Positions 55,501 to 64,000 of a stretch of 64,000 nucleotides of DNA are shown piece by piece. The DNA comes from Geosiphon pyriformis uo1. Taxonomy: Eukaryota > Fungi > Glomeromycota. The stretch lies in NCBI GenBank assembly GCA_016748015.1, contig JAAOMT010000602.1:323696-387695 (forward strand), given 5' to 3'. Within the stretch, counting starts at the first letter, position 1; the number at the start of each line of letters is the position of its first letter. The translations under genes and the position numbers were made by a program. Under the pieces are notes generated by a model that worked only from the letters and a program-made list of their open reading frames with translations, was not told where the DNA came from and did not search any database.

Positions 55501-56480
55501 GTTGTTATTGTTGAGGCAGTACTGGGAGTGGTTGTTGATTTTGTTGGTTCGGTGTTTGGATGGGCTGGCCAATTGGTTCTACTGGTAGTTGATCAATAAC
55601 AATAACTGGAAGTAAGTGCTGATTAATTACTTTGGGGTTTTGATTTTGTGGTGCTTGAATATTTAGGGTTTTGATTTCCAGATTTTCTCACTAAGTTTGA
55701 ACATTTGGGGTTCCAAATTCCGGGTTTTCAAGGATTGGGTTTTGGTAAGTAAATTCTTGATCTTCCGATTTTTCTTCCTTTTCTTCTTCAGATAGTTCCC
55801 ACAGAGTAGTGGTTCCAAAGTCTGGTTGAGACGGTGATAATCAAATTCCTGATGGTATTAGTGATCACGATTTAAATCCTTCAAAATATTTGCCATATGG
55901 TCTTAGTAGATCTGTTTTCTTTTGTTTACTTTGGAATGAAAATTGTCTGAATGTTGATATCATGTTTGATGTGGACACACTTGCTAATGTTATATTGATG
56001 GCACTTCCTGGTGTGTAGTAATAGGATGGAGCAGTTGGTGATTCAATTTTTGTTTTCTTCCAAGTGGATGGTTGTATCCTTTTGGGTGTTATTGCTGGTG
56101 TTTGTAGTTTTCTTTTCCCTTTACTGGCATAAGTAATTGAATATCTTTGTTGGATGTGATGTTCAATTTCTTTGTTGATCTCAGTAATGATAGATGCAAA
56201 ATTATAATTTGTTGGTAAGCTGGTATTTTGAATCAATTTGCTGTAGAAGGTTTCTTTTGCTAATTCAGTGTTTACTGATGTTCCTAATAAGTAGGTGATT
56301 CTCTCATTGACGTAGAAATTGAAGGCTGATTCTGCAGATATGTGATTATGGTTTAATCCCAAGTGTTGACAGTAATATTGAAATAAGGATTTTGCAAATC
56401 CTAAATGGTTTGCTCCTATGTTTTCTGATTCTGCCACTTTTGGATGAAGTTGTTGGTGCTGATTCTCTGTAGAATTATAC

Positions 56481-56496
56481 CTTACAGGGAGCACCA
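56481..56496 (-). promoter_or_regulatory. Gypsy-B primer binding site TGGTGCTCCCTGTAAG
   Basis: 2 nt inside the 5' LTR boundary; matches the Gypsy-A PBS at 15 of 16 positions. Confidence 0.85.
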
Positions 56497-56498
56497 AA

Positions 56499-57369
56499 TA
56501 TTACAGATGACAATTTTTGTTGTTGGATTAAATAACAAACCCATAACTTGGTGCTCAAATCTAGTTGCAGTTGATAGTAATCTGAAGATTTGTGCCTGAA
56601 AAGTTTGTATTTGAAGGGTTTGGTTGAGTTCTTTGTATAATGGACAGAGATTCAATGATGATAGTTTTATCCATAGCTTCCCAAAACTGCAGTTTTGTCA
56701 ATTTCTTTCTCAGCTTGGTGGCCAGTATTCCTCTTGGTAAGCTATCCTCAATTGAGTGTTCTACCCTTATTTCTGGGTCTTTTACCAGTCATGTTTATTC
56801 TGATGTCAGTGCTTTGCATGTTAATCCTCAATAGAGTTAGTAAACAACAATAAAATCAAAGCAAGACAATAAAGAAAAGAAAAAAAAAATAAGCCAAAGT
56901 AAGTTACAAGTTAGTATTCCATTAATAGCCATAATCAAGAGCTATTGTTCTAATGTGGTTAAGTGTCAATTACTATCAACATGAAATGTTGATAGTGGAA
57001 ATGGATTTGAGATAACAAATAGTTATTTATTAAATGATTGTGATTTGGAGAGTTGCTTAGATTAAATCTAAACTGAGAGATCTGTCTTTTCAGCTTCTAA
57101 TCTTACTGCTATATATACATAATTGAGATTCCTCAATTTCTCAATTCTCCACAACAGGAATCCTGGAATTCCTGGAATTCTGCAATTTCTTTGAGAGGAA
57201 TTCTGGAATTCTGGAATTCTGGAATCCTGTGATTCCTTGTAAGAATCCTGTAATTTCTGGAATCCTGCAATTCCTGAGAGGAATTCTGGAATTCCACATT
57301 TTACTACATCTACTTCTGATTGGTTAATAACTATGCTAATATATATTCCCTATATTTCTATGAGTAACA
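56499..57369 (-). repeat. Gypsy-B 5' LTR (871 bp)
   Basis: Direct repeat of 47209-48087; U3 carries a GGAATTC(C/T) array. Confidence 0.93.
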
Positions 57370-57793
57370 ACACCAATAAGTGCTTCTTTGACAAGACAGA
57401 ATTGAACTTTTTAGGACACATAGTAAGCAAAGATGACATCAAAACAGATCCAGAAAAAATAGAGATAGTCAAGAACTTTCCAATACCAACCAATGTGATG
57501 GAGTTAAAGTCATTTTTGGAATTTGCAGGCTATTATTGACACTTTATCAAAAACTTTTCCAAGATAGTCCAACCACTTAATCATCTCCAAACCAAGAATG
57601 TGAAATATGAATAGACAAAAGCACAACAAGAAGCTTTTGATATTCTAAGAAAAAAGCTTATACAAGCTCCAGTACTGATCTATCTGAATCACAACAAACC
57701 ATTCATCATTACCACCGATGTATCAGACCAAGCATTAGGAGCAGTACTGTCACAAAAAGGACTGAATAGAAAAGAACATCCAGTCATATATGC

Positions 57794-58780
57794 TGTTACC
57801 AGAGGTTTTTGGTCTTTTTTCTTAAATGTTGTTAATGCCTGTTTGCTGTGAATTCACGTTTTCCAGATGTGGTTGAACCTCCAGTAACTAAATTTATCTT
57901 CAAATTATCTCCTATAATTTGAACTGCTGGACTTATAAGTGGAATGGCCAATTCCATGCCAGTTGCTTTGTGTAGTTACATTGTAGTAAATATCAACTTT
58001 TTCCTAGGAATTGCTCATTTGAAAGCTCACTAAGAATGTGTAATTACTTTGCTGTGAAAGTCAACTCTTCTATAAGAATTTTCATCTGTAGGCTATCCAA
58101 CTGATTTATAATAAGAAAAGAAAGAGAATAAAAGAAATGTAAAAGAAAAATAAAAACTGATGATTTATGGAAGTCATTTCGAATCCAGGCCTGGAAGTGC
58201 TTTAACAGTTTACTGAAATTGGTAGCTAGTTAATTTCAAACTGTTAGTAGGAATTGGTTAATTTCAAGGGAAATAATTAAGAATTTGGCTTTTCGAATTT
58301 ATTTGATATTTATTTTGTTATTGTGTATAAGGGATGATTCTAATTGTTAAATCTAAAGTGAGATATATTTTCTCAAAAAGAGAAGCTCTTCTTTTATACA
58401 ACTTGTCATAACACTATTTTATGAACTTGAACTTTGCTATTTTTTACAATTTCACTAAACTAAAGATATATTTCGGCGAACTACAAGTTATTTCTGTGAA
58501 CTGTTAGATATTTCAGTAAACTTATCAATTATTTTGGCAAATTTCTACAAATTTTGGCGAACTTTTTGAATGTTACATAGTTCAGAGTATTGCATGATTG
58601 ATTATCATAATTAGGTTACATTTATGTTATGTATAAATTAGATTATTAATTAAATGATAATTTCAGACATTTTGCTAATGTAATAAGTAATAATTTGAAA
58701 TAATAATATATGCTAATTAATAATAGGAATTATAAAGATAATTTCATTCTAAATAATATCTTTAATTTTGTCTGATAATA
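57794..58780 (-). mobile_element. Solo LTR family C, copy 2 (987 bp)
   Basis: TGTTACCA...TGATAATA on +; exact TSD ATGC (57790-57793 and 58781-58784); removal restores RNase H HPVIYA|S.GLTPA; reverse complement of 38386-39352. Confidence 0.87.
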
Positions 58781-59125
58781 ATGCTAGCTAAGGTTTAACT
58801 CCAGCCAAAAAAAACTATGAAACACCAGAATTAAAACACTTAGCAATCTATTGGGCAGTCATGAAATGAAAAGAATACTTAAGCCAGAGGTTTGAGATGT
58901 ACACAGATCACAAAAGATTAACATCACTCCAAAAACAAGAATTTGGAGACAGAAGACAGTCAAGATAGAAAATAGCACTTGTGTCATATACTTATACTAT
59001 ACATTATAAAAAAGGAAAAGACAATAGAAATGCCAATGGTTTGTTATGAATAAGACAAATCTAAGAACATTTCAATCCAAAAATATAATAAAACCAAACC
59101 AAACTCAATGAAAATATAACAAAAA

Positions 59126-60484
59126 ATGAACACACAAAAATACCAACAACTCAAATATTATATAGATACTCAACAGTTCAAAGAAAAATTATCTCAATCA
59201 GAACAAAATAGTATCAAACAACAATCAAAATAATTTATCACTTACCAAAACATACTTTATTGAAAGAACAAAAAAGATACAAATCAACCAACCAGAGTAA
59301 TTACAGAGCCAGAAAAAGAGACAGTACTATTTAACATGCACTCAGATTCAACAGCAGGACATTTTTATAAAAAAACAACTATAGAAAAAATTAGAAAAAA
59401 ATACTATTGACCATTAATGTATCCAAACATCATTCTCCAAAATTGTAATGCTTGTCAAAGAAGAGAAGGAACCAGACCCAGTGAACCACTGAGACCAATC
59501 AAAGTAGGACAACCATTTGATTACATTGGAATTGACTTAGTTGGACTATTAACAATTACCAGCAAAAGGAACAGATACATTGCAGTAGCCATGGACTATC
59601 TCACTAAATGGCCGGAAGCAAAAGCAATTCAAAGAGCAGATACAGAATTCATTTATCAAGATCTGATTTGTCGACATAAATGTCCAAAAAAATTATTATC
59701 AGACCAAGGAACTCACTTTGTAAACAGAACACTAGCAGAATTAAGTCAAAAATTTGGGATAAAAAGACTATTATCATTACTATATCATCTACAAACCAAT
59801 GGACTAGTTGAAAGATTCAATAAAATATTGTGTGAAACAATTACCAAAATCAGTTAAGAAAACCAACACAAATGTGATTTGATTATACCATCAATATTAT
59901 TTGCTTATTGAACAATAAAACAAGACACTATACAAGCAACACCATTTAAATTAGTATACAGTAAAACAGCAATATTACCAGTTAAGATAGAAGTTAAAAC
60001 ATATCCAACAGAACCAATAATGGAAGATAATTTCCAAAAAACATTGTTAAAAAGAACATATGACTTAATGGAGACACTAAAAAACACATGGCAAAGAGCA
60101 GCTAATAACATTCAAAAGTCACAAAAAAAGCAAAAAAAACAACATGATAACCAATTACCAGATAAACCAGTTGAATTCAAGATTGAAAACAAAGTACTTT
60201 TACATCATACCAAAACAGAAAAACAATAAAGTGGAAAATTCGACCCCAAATAGGATGGACTATTTTACATAGAAGAAATTCTAGGAAATGGAGCTTATAA
60301 ATTAAAATGGGACAACAAAATTTTAGCCAAAGCAGCACATAGTGATCGACTAAAACCATATCACCAAATAGTATCATCATCCACCAATAACATTCCACAA
60401 CTGAGAGTACAACAAATACTAGTCCAACCAAATAAGATTCCATGAGATCTGGAACCAATCATAATCATTGGACCAAACACATAA
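59126..60484 (+). pseudogene. Gypsy-A integrase ORF (own ATG)
   Basis: MNTQKYQQL start; CNAC, GIDLVG, SDQGTHF, NGLVERFN, KFDPK.DG.F, ends EPIIIIGPNT*. Confidence 0.9.
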
Positions 60485-60522
60485 AATCAAACAATAAAAG
60501 AGTATATAAAAAAACAGTATAC

Positions 60523-61178
60523 ATGACAAAAGCAACCAAGAAAATGGAAATACCAAATCATATTTACACCATAGCTCAACAATTGTTCCAGACTTTAAGT
60601 CAACAACTTTTAGACATGAAAGTTATTGTTAACAACCAAACAATTTGCTATTGAAACACCAAAAGAAAGACAAAGAATACACCATATCAGCAGTTACCAA
60701 AAAAGAATAAAAACTGTTAGATAACATAATAGAAAAAGTCAAAAACACTTTTGGGAAAATACCTATTATGGCACCAATAAAAGAACTTACAAAAAAGAAT
60801 TGGAAGCAATGGACAGAACAACTTCCAATATCATACTGTTACTACCAGTTGGATCGAAAGTTGAATATTCAGAAGTTGTATATCAACAAATCCAAGAGAA
60901 TATTTAACCAAACCATAATACAGCAAATTGAAGAATTTATTGAAAAAAAAACAAACTCAACATTATATGTAAAAACAATTTACCGACTACACAACATATT
61001 TCAGAACTATTCAAAAATACTGTTACACTCTGACATGGAAATCATAACCATTAACCAATGGGGAAGAATGAACAATGCACAAGTCAAAACCAAACGAGCC
61101 AAAATTGAACAAACAGTACTTGAAAAAGAAGTCTTAGACTTAATTCAAAATGAAGATTTTGATGGGGCTCAATATTAA
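60523..61178 (+). pseudogene. Gypsy-A ORF3, unknown protein (~218 codons, one stop and one frameshift)
   Basis: MTKATKKMEI...IAQQLFQ...ELTKKNWKQWTEQLPISYCYYQL...DFDGAQY*; homologous to Gypsy-B ORF3. Confidence 0.75.
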
Positions 61179-61190
61179 AGGAAAAGATAA
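61177..61190 (+). promoter_or_regulatory. Gypsy-A polypurine tract
   Basis: AAAGGAAAAGATAA immediately before the 3' LTR; G>A-eroded version of the Gypsy-B PPT. Confidence 0.75.
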
Positions 61191-61991
61191 TGTTACTCAT
61201 AGAAAAATGAGTATAAGAAAAGTAGTAAAAAAATCATATAAAAAAATAGACCAATAGGAGATTAGTATTTAGCATGGAAGCATATTGTTCAGTAATGTGA
61301 TCATTGTTCAAAAAATCATAGCATATTGTTCAAGAATATAAGTGATCTCGTAGAACATCAATTATGTATATATAGTGGTAACATTAGAAGTAGAAAAAAC
61401 AAAATCTTTTTAGTTAGAGACCTCTCAGTTTAGATTTTACCTAGACAATTTTTCAAATCATAATAAATAACTATTTGCTGTCTAAGAAACTTACTTCCAC
61501 TATCAACACTCTATGTTGATAGTACTTGATACTTAACCACACTGGAACAATAGCTCTTGATTACGGCTATTAATGGGATACTAACTTGCAAATTGCCTTG
61601 GCTTATTTCTTACATTTCTTTATTTTCTTTATTTCTTTTCTTTGATTTTTGTTGTATACTAATTGATTAAAAGCGCTGAGTTATTGACATCATGGATAGC
61701 CTAGTAAAAGACCCAGAAATAAGGATAGCATTATATATATTATTGGATAGCTTACCAGAAGGGCATAACTGCCAGAATAAATCTGACCACCAAGCTGAGA
61801 AAGAAATTGGAAAACAACTTACACAAAACTGTGAATAACATCAACAAAGAATCTCTGTCTATTATACAAAGGACTCAACCAAAACCTTCAAATACAACCA
61901 ACATACCAGTATTACTAGCATTATCAAGATATTGAGCACCAAGTTACGGATTTGTTATTTGATTTAAAACCCCAAATAATCACTTGTAACA
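61191..61991 (+). repeat. Gypsy-A 3' LTR (801 bp)
   Basis: Direct repeat of 40708-41588 lacking about 80 bp of U3 tandem units. Confidence 0.93.
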
Positions 61992-64000
61992 ACAAAGTGG
62001 TGTTGGACCATCTAGTTGTTGATAATAAGTTGATTTTGGAGCCTAATGTGATTAAATTTAAAATGGATGTGGTCATGGAAGATTGGACCAAGAAACATGT
62101 TGTGGTTACTGATATCTTTAATGTTTGGTCTCATCAATATCAATCTTTGAAGTATGTTTTTAATGAAGCTTTTTCTGATGTGATGTGTTTGGTTAAGTTT
62201 GATAAACTTTTTGGTGTGATTTCTGATCTGCTTGATGGCAAAGCTGCTGGTTTCTCAAATATTTCAAATAAGCTCTGAAAACATTGTAACAGATCAATTC
62301 TGGATATGCTTTTGGTGTTATTGAATTCTTGTCTTTTTGGTAAATTGGTGTCCAGTTCTTGGAAAGAGACTTGGGTTTTGATAATTCCCAAACCATATAA
62401 GTGGAAGGGTGTTTTAATAAATATTTGGCCTATTGCTTTAATCAAAACAGCTCGCAAAATCCTATCCAAAATTTTTTCTAATAGGATTTCATTAGCTTGC
62501 AGCACTTTTGACATTCTTTGTGGGGATAATTTTTCGGTTTTAAAAAGTATAACAATCCAATCTCCTATTTTTGCAATTGGTTCAGTAATCAAAGATGTTT
62601 TGGATAAGAATTGAGAGCTCTGGCTAGTTTGTAAAACATGCAAAAAGTGTATAATTTGGTTGGCTGGGAACATTTTGAGAAGTGTTTGGTTAAGTCAAGA
62701 TGTGTAGCAAATTTATTTGATTTTTTGATAATATTCATAAGGATTATATTAATAGAATTATGACTGATTTTGGTTTGACAAGTGGTTATTATGTTTATAA
62801 TAGTTTAGATCAAGGTAAAGTCTTTTTTCCTCTCTTGTGGTGTATATTTTATGATCCCTTTTTGTATAAGGTCAAGAGACAGAAGAGTGTGTGTAGATAC
62901 AGATTGGGTTTTTATTTTATTTCCAGAAGTGGTCATGCCAAGTCTTAAGCTGGGCTTTCTTCTTTTTTTGCTGCTGGTGTCTTTGTTGATAATACAATTT
63001 GGGTTGGTAACAATCAAACTGCTATTTAATATATACTCAATATTGTTAGTAAATTTTTTTAAATCAATGATATCACTATTAACAATAACAAAACAGTGGC
63101 TATTCCTATTAATTGCAAAGTTGATACACTTTTTTTGTCTATCAGTGGTTTGCTTATTTCTATTGCCAAAAAGGGAGAATCTTATCGATACTTGGGTATC
63201 TATCTTTCAATAGATGGTCTCTCAAAGCTTAGCTTGGCTAAGATGCATTCAGACATTCACTTTTTGTAAAGATGGTTTTAAAAAAGACTGTCTTGGATAA
63301 ACAGTTCTTGTATTTGGTGTCAGCTGTTCTCCATCCTATTGTTAGCTATAGAATACAGTTTAGTTTTGTTCCAATTAGCATATATAACAAGTAAGATGCT
63401 TTAATTCACAAAGACTTGAAATTCAAGTCAGGTTTTCCTATTGATTTGCCTAGTGATATGATCTATCATTCTTTATTTTATGGTTTGAAATCTTTTGTTT
63501 AACTTCAGTTTGAGAGTAAAGTGGCTTCTTTTGTTAGTTTTGTAAATTCTGGTGAGATTTTGGGTCATTTGTTTGCTCACAGATCTCATGACTTGCAAGT
63601 TTTGTGTTGGTGTCCTGTTCATCTCTTAAGTTTTCTTGTTTGTATTTGGGTTAGTTCTACTGATAAATTTTTGGCTGGCATGGTTTGTATTTTTCTAGAG
63701 TGCAATTTGTTCCTAGGTGGCTCTTTTGTCAATTTTTTTTGTTTTTGTGGTGGAATGTTCATGTCTGCTGTTCTTAATGAGTCGAAATTTTCCAAATATC
63801 TCCCATTACTTCAGAGATATGGTGTTGTCTTTGTGAATCAATTTTACAATCATTATGGTGCTGTTTATGATTAGTACATTTTCAAATAGTAGAAGAAATT
63901 GGACCCTCATGGCCCTTTTTGATGGCATAATTTTTTTTCTTGCACATCCTGCTGTTTTGAGTGGCATTGGTTCTTTGAGTATTCTTAAGTCTCATAACTT

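Larger units (their letters stand above)
50230..56497 (-). pseudogene. Gypsy-B ORF1 polyprotein: N-extension-Gag-PR-Cys-rich-dUTPase-RT-RNaseH
   Basis: LILDSG protease, CHNCGKQRH..ADC knuckle, dUTPase, VYLDD RT, TTDASG RNase H, ending RMRQI*. Confidence 0.88.
47209..57369 (-). mobile_element. Gypsy-B: complete inverted relative of Gypsy-A inserted in its RT (10.2 kb)
   Basis: LTR pair 47209-48087 and 56499-57369; flanks ATAC/ACAC (4-bp TSD, one transition); removal restores Gypsy-A RT KLNT|NKCFF. Confidence 0.95.
41651..59064 (+). pseudogene. Gypsy-A ORF1 polyprotein: N-extension-Gag-PR-Cys-rich-dUTPase-RT-RNaseH, interrupted by Gypsy-B and solo LTR C2
   Basis: Track ORFs at 41651, 42986, 43724, 44429, 45134, 45410 and 46481 are all in one frame. 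Capsid (KLNNFTGEEDD.QVWL..VEKAI), CHYCGK.EH...C knuckle, LILDS(R) protease, RT (CVDYRKLN, MPFGLMNAPATFQ, YLDD), RNase H (TTD.S...LGAVL, YTDHK). Confidence 0.88.
40708..61991 (+). mobile_element. Gypsy-A: Ty3/Gypsy LTR retrotransposon with dUTPase, separate integrase and ORF3 (contains nested insertions)
   Basis: Paired TGTTAC...GTAACA LTRs, exact TSD ACAA (40704-40707 and 61992-61995), PBS, PPT, domain order Gag-PR-RT-RH-IN. Confidence 0.95.
36350..64000 (+). mobile_element. LINE-2: related non-LTR retrotransposon, split by insertions at 38386 and 40708 and running off the right edge
   Basis: ORF1 relic ~36479-39395; ORF2 from 39392 (APE) rejoins across Gypsy-A as HPFYK|VVLDHLVVD and continues through RT (WPIALIKTARKILSKI, LDQGKVFFPL, GVFVDNTIW, YRYLGIYLS) at 61996-64000. 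Confidence 0.9.

Overview
AT-rich eukaryotic (fungal) DNA. The short introns, MATA-type HMG gene and style of the LINE/Gypsy repeats suggest Glomeromycotina (Geosiphon/AM-fungus-like); this is inference only. The left ~23 kb is gene space: a decayed METTL5-like methyltransferase (minus), an intronless WGR-domain gene, ~10 kb of microsatellite-rich intergenic DNA, a MATA-HMG transcription factor, a gene relic and an intron-rich UTP17/NAN1/WDR75 gene. The right ~41 kb is a nested transposon island. It holds extremely AT-rich relic DNA, a full-length minus-strand LINE (ORF1; APE-RT-RNaseH) and a second plus-strand LINE. The second LINE is interrupted by a solo LTR and by Gypsy-A (40708-61991, TSD ACAA), which itself contains an inverted relative, Gypsy-B (47209-57369), and a second copy of the solo LTR. 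All TE copies are riddled with C>T/G>A transitions. The most unusual signal is the organisation shared by Gypsy-A and -B: one long frame (N-extension-Gag-PR-Cys-rich domain-dUTPase-RT-RNaseH) that appears to start inside the LTR, a stop and short spacer, a stand-alone integrase ORF, and a fast-evolving, non-env ~217-aa ORF3 ending at the PPT. All assignments come from manual translation and motif recognition; no searches were run.
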